Shown here piece after piece: positions 1 through 8,063 of a stretch of DNA of 24,679 bases. Both the position numbers and the translations under genes were made by a program. Source of the DNA: a virus (lineage: Duplodnaviria > Caudoviricetes); the IMG/VR virus record IMGVR_UViG_3300031951_001150, positions 1 to 24,679 of that record; one strand, written 5' to 3'. Every line of letters starts with the position of its first letter. The first letter of the stretch is position 1. The notes under the pieces are model-generated. The model did not search any database. It had not been told where the DNA came from and saw only the letters and a list, made by a program, of their open reading frames with translations.

Positions 1-106
1 CTTGTTCAAGTGCTTTGTCAATATCAAATCCTCTCAATCTCAAATTGATGTCTTTTTTGATTTGTTCAACCAACCACTCTACGCTACTCTGTTTATTGTT
101 GCTCAT
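1..106 (-). CDS. Small phage protein, truncated at the window edge (MSNNKQSSVEWLVEQIKK...)
   Basis: Translated by hand. ATG at 106 overlaps the upstream TGA (ATGA) and GGAGGT lies 5 nt upstream. The 'KQ(T/S)(A/S)VEWL' N-terminus is one I recall from Bacteroidota phage small proteins. Confidence 0.7.
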   Translation of the reverse strand, partial: MSNNKQSSVEWLVEQIKKDINLRLRGFDIDKALEQ

Positions 107-249
107 TTGTTACCTCCTTGTGTATTTAAATAGTCTGCATAGTTCTGAGCCCAATACTCTTGCTGAAATAAACCAATCGGTTTCTTGTCGTAGTACACAC
201 GCCATTGCTGTATACCATTAATCGTAGCCATAACAACTCTAGCCCTCAT
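103..249 (-). CDS. Hypothetical protein, 48 aa (MRARVVMATINGIQQWRVYYDKK...NTQGGNK)
   Basis: Translated by hand (below the ORF-track cutoff). Fills the gap and overlaps both neighbours. Confidence 0.65.
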   Translation of the reverse strand: MRARVVMATINGIQQWRVYYDKKPIGLFQQEYWAQNYADYLNTQGGNK

Positions 250-502
250 TCCATTCTCCATTTTGAATTGACTTAATCAAAGATTTGAATCCATCCCAAG
301 TATAAAACTTAACTGAGTAATTCAAGATCGATCCATACCAAACATCATTTCTGTTGTCATCTGGAGCCAAGTGTAGAACAACACTATTGACAGCCAATTC
401 GAAATAATGATAAACTTTAGTGTCTCCGGTTTCGGAGGTTGTTAGCGTTTTTTTCACGAACTGAAAGTTTTTCTTCAGTTGGATTGCATTTCGTAGAGTC
501 AT
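239..502 (-). CDS. Hypothetical protein, 87 aa
   Basis: ORF track; A-rich leader (AAAAAAATAT-ATG); same strand as the operon. Confidence 0.7.
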   Translation of the reverse strand: MTLRNAIQLKKNFQFVKKTLTTSETGDTKVYHYFELAVNSVVLHLAPDDNRNDVWYGSILNYSVKFYTWDGFKSLIKSIQNGEWNEG

Positions 503-665
503 ATATTTTTTTTATTTGAGTTTGAAGGTTTTGAAAAAATTCATTAAAGGTAACGGTTTCATCTGGAGAGCAGACACTTTGTGCCTTGGGGTTATGCTCA
601 CAGATTTGAAATGGGATTTCTTTTATCTCAATCATAGTTGCTGGTTTTTTAGTGGGACATTTCAT
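417..665 (-). CDS. Hypothetical protein, 82 aa
   Basis: Start is coupled by ATGA to the upstream ORF, but it overlaps the downstream gene by 86 nt. Confidence 0.5.
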   Translation of the reverse strand: MKCPTKKPATMIEIKEIPFQICEHNPKAQSVCSPDETVTFNEFFQNLQTQIKKIYDSTKCNPTEEKLSVREKNANNLRNRRH

Positions 666-808
666 TCTAATAAATTAGGTAAAAGATATTTCTTTTCAAT
701 GGTACACAAGGCATTCACCTCTCGAATACTAGCCACTACGCCATACAAACATACGCAAATGTAGATGACAAACAGCGTGGCGAGTATTCTTTTCTTGAAA
801 CTTTGCAT
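662..808 (-). CDS. Small single-pass membrane protein, 48 aa (MQSFKKRILATLFVIYICVCLYGVVASIRE...)
   Basis: Translated by hand. Basic N-terminus followed by a ~20-residue hydrophobic stretch; ATGA coupling to the next gene. Confidence 0.65.
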   Translation of the reverse strand: MQSFKKRILATLFVIYICVCLYGVVASIREVNALCTIEKKYLLPNLLE

Positions 809-816
809 ACTATATT

Positions 817-1128
817 TTACAATATTATATTATCTTTTTCAAAATTCCAAGTTTTTATGGCAGCCTTCCAATTTTTCATTTTGTTTTTTCCAATCATCCA
901 ATTCTTGGACTCATAGAAGTTCCAAAACTTATCCGCTTGCATAAAGGGATGGCGAACATTCTGTCTCTTGAGCTCCATAGCAACTTCTTGTAGTGCCGGA
1001 GGCTCGAATCGTTTACTCTTGGGTTCTCTGATTTTCCCCAATGTTTCCACTACTGCCTCATTGGTTCTCCATTTCGGTTCTATCTGATTGAGGATGTACT
1101 CGAACATATCAACTATTTCTTTGCTCAT
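817..1128 (-). CDS. Protein resembling the C-terminal domain of phage replication initiators
   Basis: Motif F.PP...EV...A.KF.NFYESKNW.IGKNKMKNWKAA..TW, recalled from C-termini of phage replication proteins. Confidence 0.65.
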   Translation of the reverse strand: MSKEIVDMFEYILNQIEPKWRTNEAVVETLGKIREPKSKRFEPPALQEVAMELKRQNVRHPFMQADKFWNFYESKNWMIGKNKMKNWKAAIKTWNFEKDNIIL

Positions 1129-1444
1129 ATAATTTGATTGCTTGGTTTAGTATGTGTAATTGTAATTCATAATTATCTGGATCGCTTTTCCATTTCTCTA
1201 TGCGATTGACCGACTGAAGGATTGTTGAATGCGTCTTGTAATTTAGCAAAACAAACACGGTCTTCAGGGGCATCTTGACAAGTTCCATCAGCATATAGGC
1301 GTAGATTTGACGTAGCATCACTTCGTGTTCATCTAGCGTGCGAACAGTCTCCCATAGTTCACGAGGTACACCACTGGCTTCCTCGATGCTTTCGAGCACA
1401 TAATTCTTACGAACATTGTGCATTTTTAATTCAATGGTAATCAT
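1109..1444 (-). CDS. Stand-alone DnaA C-terminal (domain IV)-like DNA-binding protein
   Basis: RQIYAYML.EL.KMPL......NYKTHSTILQSV..I matches the DnaA domain IV pattern RQIAMYL.RE.T..SL..IG..F..RDHTTV.HA. Confidence 0.7.
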   Translation of the reverse strand: MITIELKMHNVRKNYVLESIEEASGVPRELWETVRTLDEHEVMLRQIYAYMLMELVKMPLKTVFVLLNYKTHSTILQSVNRIEKWKSDPDNYELQLHILNQAIKLYEQRNS

Positions 1445-1446
1445 AT

Positions 1447-1941
1447 TTATTTCAGATTTTTTAGTTGACGGATATAATTTGGATCAGATGCATATACTCC
1501 ATCTATTTGTTTCAAGTAATGGTCCTGTATGTGGATGTAGCATTTGATGTTGTCTTCATAGGTTTTGTACTTGGCATAAACACCATACTTACCATCGACA
1601 TATTTGCATTTGTGGTAGGTGATACCAAACATATTTTTTGCATTTTTTCCTACATTACTCTTCCCAACATTTGATTCTAATTTGGCTTGAGCCAATGCCA
1701 CATTGGGCAGAACGCATCCGTTCTTGTGCAAACAATTAACAATTGCCTCTTCAGACAATTCAATATCTTTAATTTTATCAGCAGTTGGATTAACTACTTT
1801 GTATACTATTTTGATTGATTCCTGGCGAAACGTCAGCAGGATAATACTAATTACGAGTAGGGCTATCAGACCTATGCTCAAAGGTTTGTATTTGTTCTTA
1901 AAAGGAACAAGCTCAAGGTTACTATTTAGTTTGTAGTTCAT
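1447..1941 (-). CDS. GH73 (FlgJ-like) glucosaminidase/muramidase with an N-terminal membrane anchor
   Basis: ALAQAKLES (catalytic Glu), NMFGI and YASDPNY motifs; hydrophobic LSIGLIALLVISIILLTF. Confidence 0.85.
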   Translation of the reverse strand: MNYKLNSNLELVPFKNKYKPLSIGLIALLVISIILLTFRQESIKIVYKVVNPTADKIKDIELSEEAIVNCLHKNGCVLPNVALAQAKLESNVGKSNVGKNAKNMFGITYHKCKYVDGKYGVYAKYKTYEDNIKCYIHIQDHYLKQIDGVYASDPNYIRQLKNLK

Positions 1942-2608
1942 AAATATTATTATTTAGGATTTTTTGTATTGTACTTGCATGAAATTTTCCATTTTTAGCA
2001 CCCGTAATTCCTTGGGAGTTAAAGTGTTGGGCAATTTGACGTAGTGAGTGACCTTCTGCCTTAAGGGTGGAAACGGTTTGGACCAACTCCAATTGCTTTG
2101 GGTCTTCGACTAAAATACCATTGTCATTCTTATATCCCAATGGAGGGTATGCACAATAGACTTTCTTATTCTTTTTCAGATTGTTCTTGACGGATCGTGT
2201 GTACTCACCGGTAACATCTGATTGGTATTCTGCAAAGACAGCCATAAGGTTACGCATTGCTTTACCCGATGAACCGCTCATCTCCGGTTCTTCAATGGAA
2301 TAGAACTTAATCTTTTTCTTTTCCAATAGGTCCATATGGTTGATAAAGTCCCGAAGGTTACGAGCAAAACGTGTACTGTGCCATACGATGAGAGACGAAA
2401 CTCCACCTTTGTTGATGCGTTTCATCATATCTTGGAAGCCGGGGCGTTTAGTATTTTTTCCACTAAAGCCTGCATCTTCATAAATATTTTCCAGAAAGAG
2501 CCCCTTCTTCTGACAGAAGTCAATAATTCTTTCCACTTGGTTGTCAAGAGATGTACCCTTGTCAGCCTGCATATCGGTTGAAACTCGGATGTAACCAATC
2601 GCATTCAT
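1922..2608 (-). CDS. Serine recombinase (resolvase domain plus short C-terminal recombinase DNA-binding domain), 228 aa
   Basis: YIRVSTDMQ...SL..Q catalytic motif, D.G.SG..T.RPG, RFARN, PPLGY and SLRQIA..N..G. Start moved to MNAIGY at 2608, which gives an ATGA overlap with the upstream stop. Confidence 0.92.
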   Translation of the reverse strand: MNAIGYIRVSTDMQADKGTSLDNQVERIIDFCQKKGLFLENIYEDAGFSGKNTKRPGFQDMMKRINKGGVSSLIVWHSTRFARNLRDFINHMDLLEKKKIKFYSIEEPEMSGSSGKAMRNLMAVFAEYQSDVTGEYTRSVKNNLKKNKKVYCAYPPLGYKNDNGILVEDPKQLELVQTVSTLKAEGHSLRQIAQHFNSQGITGAKNGKFHASTIQKILNNNIYELQTK

Positions 2609-2889
2609 AATCTTGTTCCTTTCATAATTTTTACAATTAATTCTTGTTTGCTGATTCCTTTGATAATACAATACTCATTAATGTAGGGTAACATAAAATC
2701 TCTTATCGGTATGGAAACCATAACGTGTTGAGGATTATTCTCTAAGTCACGAGCCAATAACTTTCTATTTGTTCTGATGCGATTCTCAAGGGATACAGAT
2801 AAATAGTTCATCGCTGTTTTCTGATCATCGTGTTTAGCATAGAACTCTTCGAGCTCAGCCTTGGGTATGTAAATTTCAATCGTCCTCAT
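2605..2889 (-). CDS. Hypothetical protein, possible C-terminal ribbon-helix-helix
   Basis: ORF track. The C-terminus MVSIPI...INEYC..KGISKQELI..IM is weakly RHH-like. Confidence 0.65.
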   Translation of the reverse strand: MRTIEIYIPKAELEEFYAKHDDQKTAMNYLSVSLENRIRTNRKLLARDLENNPQHVMVSIPIRDFMLPYINEYCIIKGISKQELIVKIMKGTRL

Positions 2890-3280
2890 TGTCGTATATA
2901 TAACATTCGTTTGCTATGTCGTAAATCTCTTCAGAAGGGATATCCAAAGCCTCGGCTACATCTACTGCTTCTTGAAATGATTCAAACCATAGATCCATCG
3001 TCACCTCATAGAAACTTTCGGTGGCGTTAACATCTATGTACAATGCTTTCTCAAAGTCATAGTCTACCTCGTATTCCTTTTCGATATCAGGTATGTCAGC
3101 GGTAACTACATCTACTATCTCCTCAAAGGAAACGATATCGATGAGGTCTTCGTGGTAGTACTCGATGGGCACAAGGAAACCAATTTTTCTAATCGTACCA
3201 TCAAAGGCGTTGAAACTTACATTGCCTTTGTTAACAAGTAGTTTGACTACTTCACGGAATTCAATACTATCTCTTTGCAT
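2876..3280 (-). CDS. Highly acidic hypothetical protein
   Basis: ORF track; strongly Asp/Glu-rich; start uncertain. Confidence 0.7.
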   Translation of the reverse strand: MQRDSIEFREVVKLLVNKGNVSFNAFDGTIRKIGFLVPIEYYHEDLIDIVSFEEIVDVVTADIPDIEKEYEVDYDFEKALYIDVNATESFYEVTMDLWFESFQEAVDVAEALDIPSEEIYDIANECYIYDNEDD

Positions 3281-3873
3281 AATTCATAGGGGATTTGTGA
3301 TCGAACATAAGAACCTTTCAGACCTTGGGTGCCGGTCCTGGAGCCACGAGGGGCTGAGATGTGGCAAGACATACCATTCTTACACGCAGGGCGAGGACTC
3401 CAATCGTAGTTGTTTGTCCAAATATCTGTGGGTTTCATTCGGGTATCGCCATACTGACAATAGGTAACGGTCTGACGGATGTGGGGAAGGACATCGAAGG
3501 AATTCATCTTACGCATCATACCACGAGGATTCTCAATGTACCAAATAAGGTGAGGATTCAAGGTGCGGAAGTAATCGATGATTGCAATGGTCTTCTTGAG
3601 GATCTGTAGACCCATCAGAGCATCTTGTGTTTTGGGTCTCCGATTCATATCCCAATGCTTACCTATAGAGGCAACAGAGAATGTAGTACACGGAGGAGAT
3701 GCCCATATCATATCTGGGATGAATGGTACCTTACTTGTATCAAACTGATTGATATCAACTGCATAGTCAATACCATCAAATGGTGTCCAATCAGAGGAGA
3801 ATACCTCGTGACCTAACTCATCGCATATCTTACCGATACTGCGAGAACCTGCGAATAATTCTAATACCTTCAT
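3247..3873 (-). CDS. Minimal DNA cytosine-C5 methyltransferase-like protein
   Basis: Motif I VLELFAGS, motif IV WASPPCT, motif VI IENP, C-terminal RSQIPYELC; no long variable region. Confidence 0.85.
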   Translation of the reverse strand: MKVLELFAGSRSIGKICDELGHEVFSSDWTPFDGIDYAVDINQFDTSKVPFIPDMIWASPPCTTFSVASIGKHWDMNRRPKTQDALMGLQILKKTIAIIDYFRTLNPHLIWYIENPRGMMRKMNSFDVLPHIRQTVTYCQYGDTRMKPTDIWTNNYDWSPRPACKNGMSCHISAPRGSRTGTQGLKGSYVRSQIPYELCKEIVLNSVK

Positions 3874-3875
3874 AA

Positions 3876-4166
3876 TTAAATGTCTTTTACAATTGCTACA
3901 ACACCAGGGTTAACCCATTCTGCATACCATCCGTGGTCTCTAAGGAACTTAACAAGTTCATTGTGAACTCCTAAGTCCCAAAATTCATAGTTCTGAGTCC
4001 AATAGTTGAGCAGATCGTATCCATCCGAGGACATTACATCTGAATCCTCAGCTGATATAGAAAAGATGTTTGGTGATTTGTCAACCCATCCATTACCATC
4101 CTTGAAGATGGTCATCTTGGGGTACTTCTTTTGTAACTTGGTGATTAAACTTGCTTTGGTTGTCAT
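3876..4166 (-). CDS. Hypothetical phage protein, 96 aa
   Basis: ORF track; tightly packed in the operon. Confidence 0.75.
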   Translation of the reverse strand: MTTKASLITKLQKKYPKMTIFKDGNGWVDKSPNIFSISAEDSDVMSSDGYDLLNYWTQNYEFWDLGVHNELVKFLRDHGWYAEWVNPGVVAIVKDI

Positions 4167-4339
4167 AATAAATGTTTGATTTTAATGGTTGGAAATGATT
4201 GTTCTGCTTCATCCAAGGAAGCGAAGTATTGTTTGCCGGGGTGGTGTAAATCTTCTGAGATGTAATCCCATACAGATTCTACAATTGCATCATCTTCGAT
4301 TGTGAAGTAATGCTGACCTTCTTCAAATGGATAACTCAT
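4163..4339 (-). CDS. Hypothetical protein, 58 aa (MSYPFEEGQHYFTIEDD...)
   Basis: Translated by hand; ATGA overlaps at both ends. Confidence 0.75.
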   Translation of the reverse strand: MSYPFEEGQHYFTIEDDAIVESVWDYISEDLHHPGKQYFASLDEAEQSFPTIKIKHLL

Positions 4340-4560
4340 AATACTATTTCTGTTGGTTCGGGAATGTACATTAATTTATATTGTGGTAAAGCAGTACGCA
4401 ATGCCTGGAGGTACTCGCTGTGGTCATACCACTCTTTTCCCCTTCTTTCTGCATACACCATTGGTTCTAAAACTTTCTCAATCTCCTCATAAGGAGCATC
4501 AGAGATTAATAACATATCCTCCTCAGAATAAGCGGTCGTTTTAATTTGATACAATTCCAT
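4336..4560 (-). CDS. Hypothetical protein, 74 aa
   Basis: ORF track; coupled to neighbours. Confidence 0.75.
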   Translation of the reverse strand: MELYQIKTTAYSEEDMLLISDAPYEEIEKVLEPMVYAERRGKEWYDHSEYLQALRTALPQYKLMYIPEPTEIVL

Positions 4561-4561
4561 A

Positions 4562-5257
4562 TTAGTTTAGTTTAAGTTCTTGTAAAACATTTGTAGGTAC
4601 GGGGCAAGATGTATCGTAATCGTAATAGTAACCGGCATCTGCACCTTCACCTAAATGGGTATCAGATATGTCTGTGAGCAATTGACAGATTTCACCTTCT
4701 TCTGATTTTGTAGTAACATCAGACCATTGTGGTGCATCATACTCACTATGCTCTACACATATACCGTTCTCGTACACAAACTCACCACCCCATCCTTGCT
4801 CTTCTTGATAGGCAAGAATGAAATCGGGGAAATCTTGTGCCAGTTTGTTAAGAATCGCAGGTTCAAACAAAGACCAGGCGGTGGCGAAAGTGAGAGTATG
4901 ACCATCGATTTCGTTATCGTAGCATCCCCATTTTGTACCCCAAATGTAATGAGCCCAATCATACCAATTGTCCACACCATACTTTTTGAGTAATGCATCT
5001 TGCATCTTTTCTGTAATAGGCTTGGGTTCATAATAAAAAGGTTGTGATCGATCGATTTTCTCATTCTCCTTCATAATCTTTTTGTATTCGGTCTCAGATA
5101 CAATTCTTGTAGGAGATGTAGTGTTACGAATCTCATCGGGCATAGGGAAATAATACCCACAGATACCATTGTTGGTGTTAGCGATGATTTGCAATTTCTC
5201 TTCTTGCTCTGGAGTCAAGTTATTCATTGCGAGGTGGTAGTAAACATGATTTGGCAT
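4562..5257 (-). CDS. YubB/DUF1281-like ferredoxin-like-fold protein
   Basis: MPN N-terminus, NWYDW....WGTKW signature and F.TAW motif. Confidence 0.8.
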   Translation of the reverse strand: MPNHVYYHLAMNNLTPEQEEKLQIIANTNNGICGYYFPMPDEIRNTTSPTRIVSETEYKKIMKENEKIDRSQPFYYEPKPITEKMQDALLKKYGVDNWYDWAHYIWGTKWGCYDNEIDGHTLTFATAWSLFEPAILNKLAQDFPDFILAYQEEQGWGGEFVYENGICVEHSEYDAPQWSDVTTKSEEGEICQLLTDISDTHLGEGADAGYYYDYDTSCPVPTNVLQELKLN

Positions 5258-5261
5258 AGTC

Positions 5262-5417
5262 TTAGTTTTCTGATTCGTTTATGTCTTCCATTTGTAATAC
5301 TTTGTCCCACGCCCAATTTAAGGCGTGAATAATTTTCTCTGTTGGTTCGTCTTGCTCAAAGGTCATCATCACATTGATTGCATCATCGATACCATTTAAA
5401 ATTTCTTGCTTTGTCAT
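5262..5417 (-). CDS. Hypothetical protein, 51 aa (MTKQEILNGIDDAIN...)
   Basis: Translated by hand; fills the gap with 4-nt spacers. Confidence 0.7.
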   Translation of the reverse strand: MTKQEILNGIDDAINVMMTFEQDEPTEKIIHALNWAWDKVLQMEDINESEN

Positions 5418-5421
5418 AGTT

Positions 5422-5592
5422 TTATTTAAGGATAAGGTTGTTTAAAAGTTCAGCGATTTTTGAAAGTTGTGACAATTGCTCGATATATGCTTGTCTTGAT
5501 TCGGGCTGATGGTTTAGATTCAATTCAAGTTCATCGATGGCTTCGTGCAATGCACCAAGCATTTGGTCTAATTCTTCTGTTGTGTATTTCAT
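5422..5592 (-). CDS. Hypothetical protein, 56 aa (MKYTTEELDQMLGAL...)
   Basis: Translated by hand; fills the gap; A-rich leader. Confidence 0.7.
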   Translation of the reverse strand: MKYTTEELDQMLGALHEAIDELELNLNHQPESRQAYIEQLSQLSKIAELLNNLILK

Positions 5593-5596
5593 TTTT

Positions 5597-5920
5597 TTAT
5601 TTGTTGAGGTAAATGGTTTGTACTTTAGTTCTGCTTAATTGTCCCCACTTGTCGTAGAATTCACCGATGGTAATCTCAAAGATGTAATCATCGATAGATT
5701 CGACATCGTATCTGCCCGATTCCATCTTCTGTAGGGCATTGATAATCTTGCGAGAGTTACGCTCCAAGTTGTAGTAATTACCACCACAACCACATCGGCA
5801 ACAGTTACCTCTACCTTCATACATCTGATCGATCTGACCCAAGGAAAAAGTAATCTCCTTGGGTTCGGGTACTCCCAGTTCGGGAGAGTGCATTGGTGTG
5901 TGTGTTATCTTAAACTCCAT
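5597..5920 (-). CDS. Hypothetical protein with a CCRCGCGG motif (possible metal binding)
   Basis: ORF track; YEGRGNCCRCGCGGNY. Confidence 0.75.
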   Translation of the reverse strand: MEFKITHTPMHSPELGVPEPKEITFSLGQIDQMYEGRGNCCRCGCGGNYYNLERNSRKIINALQKMESGRYDVESIDDYIFEITIGEFYDKWGQLSRTKVQTIYLNK

Positions 5921-6293
5921 AACTATTTTCGATTGTTTTGATTTGTGCTTTGTATGTATCTATTTCTCTTTCCAACTTCTCGATAGATTCGATTAGTTCG
6001 GCTTTCAAATTTTCCATCTTGAGCAAACTCCAAATGGCATCATCAATAGCCTTAACTTGCTGATCCCAATATGGTGATGGAAAGAAGAACTCTGGTGAAT
6101 ACAATTCATCTCCTTGTTTCTCAAGTTCACGAATAACGAACGATGTAATTCCTGGATTGTGAGTAGTAAGGAAGTGGAGATCGATGTCTTCAAGTCCTTG
6201 TGAATAACTAACTGATACCAATGAGCCATCCTCGATGGTTAGGTAAATGTTGCGGTCTGATTCTTCTACATAACTAATAATTGAGTGTATCAT
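5910..6293 (-). CDS. Hypothetical protein with a C-terminal coiled coil
   Basis: ORF track; directly follows a promoter-like element. Confidence 0.75.
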   Translation of the reverse strand: MIHSIISYVEESDRNIYLTIEDGSLVSVSYSQGLEDIDLHFLTTHNPGITSFVIRELEKQGDELYSPEFFFPSPYWDQQVKAIDDAIWSLLKMENLKAELIESIEKLEREIDTYKAQIKTIENSYGV

Positions 6294-6312
6294 ATACGAT
6301 AGGTTTAGTGTA

Positions 6313-6347
6313 CAAATATAGTATTATTTATTAAAATTTATTACAAA
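6313..6347 (-). promoter_or_regulatory. Internal Bacteroidota-type promoter
   Basis: Perfect -7 element TATATTTG (6320-6313). The nearest TTTG is 23 nt upstream, longer than the consensus spacer. Confidence 0.55.
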
Positions 6348-6992
6348 TTCAGAATATTGTTCGGCAATGGCTTTTGCGATGCCCGGAAAAGTAGTGTTAC
6401 GAATCTTTTGTCTTTCGATTGGGTCTTTTGTTTTTTGGAATGCATCGGCATACCATTTGGGTTGTCTTTTGGTTCTACCTGTTTTCTTACAAGTCCATTC
6501 GATAAATTCACCTTTGGAAACGATATCTGTGGGAGTGAGAGATGGCAAATTCTTGAGCCATAGGCAAGTAGATTTTTGGAATGGGTCTCCGAACTGCCAC
6601 GGCTGAATGATTTGGTCAGCCTTACGAAACTGAGAGGACATAATACCGATTGGATTCTCAACTGCGATGTGAGGGATAGGAGCATTATACAACTCCATAA
6701 AGAAGTCAATAGCATCTTGGCGATCTTGCTGACGAGTCGGATACTTTTCTGCGTATTCGGGCTTGAACCAACGGTTGCCTGCAAGGGTCAGATAGGTACA
6801 AGGTGGATGGGCAATTAACAAATCCCACTCATATGCATTGATGACATTGCGAACATCAGACTGATAATGGTATGGTGAATTGTCAATTGATGGGACGATG
6901 TCACAAGAGAATGCATCGTGTCCAAGTTTACGGAATTCGTTACGGATAGCACCGCTGAACTCACAAGCGATTAATACTTTTAGTTTTCTCAT
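6324..6992 (-). CDS. Minimal DNA cytosine-C5 methyltransferase-like protein (second family)
   Basis: VLIACEFSG (variant motif I), AHPPCT (IV), VENP (VI), QPWQFG..K.TCLWL and R..TFPGIA.A.A.Q. Confidence 0.85.
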   Translation of the reverse strand: MRKLKVLIACEFSGAIRNEFRKLGHDAFSCDIVPSIDNSPYHYQSDVRNVINAYEWDLLIAHPPCTYLTLAGNRWFKPEYAEKYPTRQQDRQDAIDFFMELYNAPIPHIAVENPIGIMSSQFRKADQIIQPWQFGDPFQKSTCLWLKNLPSLTPTDIVSKGEFIEWTCKKTGRTKRQPKWYADAFQKTKDPIERQKIRNTTFPGIAKAIAEQYSEFVINFNK

Positions 6993-7201
6993 TTTGTTTT
7001 TTCGATTAGTTTAATAATTTGTTCGGGCGTTTCTCTGACTGCAAATCCTCCATTGTTGTGGGTAGTTACACCAACCATTGTATGCTCTGCGATTGTTCTT
7101 GCTCGCTCTGTTTCTTCGGGAACACGATAGCAATGACCAATGTGATCGGGGTTGATGTAGACAAACTTTTTTCTGTTTGCAAAGGTTAGTTTGATAAGCA
7201 T
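6989..7201 (-). CDS. FlbD/SwrD-like small protein
   Basis: LIKLT.....VYINPDHI...T.V......V.ETPEQI pattern. Confidence 0.65.
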   Translation of the reverse strand: MLIKLTFANRKKFVYINPDHIGHCYRVPEETERARTIAEHTMVGVTTHNNGGFAVRETPEQIIKLIEKTK

Positions 7202-7416
7202 ATTTCTAATTGTTTTTCGATTTGATGTGGTGTTTCTTTTACATAGGTCTCCATAAGAGAGCCATTTGCCCAGCCGATTGCAGTAACATCCATATCAAAG
7301 TTTTCTGCATAGTGTTGACAAAAAACTCTGATGTGCTGAGGATTTACAAAGATGACATTTTCGGTTATCTCGCCATTCAATTTAAGGCTGAGTCTGGTTA
7401 GGTTTAGGAAGTTCAT
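7186..7416 (-). CDS. FlbD/SwrD-like small protein (paralog)
   Basis: FLNLT...IFVNPQHI...T.I......VKETPHQI pattern. Confidence 0.65.
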   Translation of the reverse strand: MNFLNLTRLSLKLNGEITENVIFVNPQHIRVFCQHYAENFDMDVTAIGWANGSLMETYVKETPHQIEKQLEICLSN

Positions 7417-7613
7417 TTGTTGATTTGTTTTAGGATTAAGGTTTGAAATAGTTTAGGCAACTTAGTACAAGGAATAACTATGTCTCCGTGCTGACAATCT
7501 GCTTCTGCTTCTGCTTTGTCACCATAGAGAATGATGTCTCCGTTGGCGAATTGTAGTACATACTGATGCTGACGATTATAGACTACATAGTCTGTTGGTG
7601 ATAATTGTTTCAT
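7413..7613 (-). CDS. Hypothetical protein, 66 aa
   Basis: ORF track; ATGA coupling. Confidence 0.75.
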   Translation of the reverse strand: MKQLSPTDYVVYNRQHQYVLQFANGDIILYGDKAEAEADCQHGDIVIPCTKLPKLFQTLILKQINK

Positions 7614-7792
7614 ATGTTTTCTTGGATCACTTCGTTAATACTGCCAATGGCGAGGTCAATTTCGTGACATTCGGATCCACCATCGTGAATTTCATCTATG
7701 CATAACCAAAAGAACTCAAGGATTTCCATCTTAAGGTTGGGGTGCAAGTTGATTTGTTCTTGCACCCATTGTTTAAAGTCTTGTACGTTCAT
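7610..7792 (-). CDS. Hypothetical protein, 60 aa (MNVQDFKQW...)
   Basis: ORF 7610..7993 with the start moved to 7792, just after the upstream stop. Confidence 0.7.
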   Translation of the reverse strand: MNVQDFKQWVQEQINLHPNLKMEILEFFWLCIDEIHDGGSECHEIDLAIGSINEVIQENI

Positions 7793-7796
7793 ACGA

Positions 7797-8063
7797 TTAA
7801 GGTTTGGTTTTAGTGAGAGAAGGTTTGTCTGCTTTGATTGGGGCGATTTGTACATTGCGATACAACTCTGTATAATCTTCGGGATAGATACTTGGCATAT
7901 TGCCATAGGAAGCAATGATATCGAATGCTTCTTGTCTTTGGGTCTCAGATAAGAAAGATGAGAAGTGAGCAAAATGCGATAGGGCATCACCAATGTTCTG
8001 ATACCATTTGAATGCGATTACTTGGGAGTCCCAAGAGACTTGTGCTTTAGATAGATTAATCAT
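7797..8063 (-). CDS. Hypothetical protein, 88 aa (MINLSKAQ...)
   Basis: ORF 7797..8105 with the start moved to 8063. Confidence 0.65.
   Translation of the reverse strand: MINLSKAQVSWDSQVIAFKWYQNIGDALSHFAHFSSFLSETQRQEAFDIIASYGNMPSIYPEDYTELYRNVQIAPIKADKPSLTKTKP

Noticed and set aside
6341-6784. 147-aa same-strand nested ORF in the second minimal MTase, as a possible second overprinted subunit
   Set aside because: Ser/Leu/Arg-rich with no recognisable MTase motif, unlike 14906..15820. Treated as a shadow frame, though not excluded.
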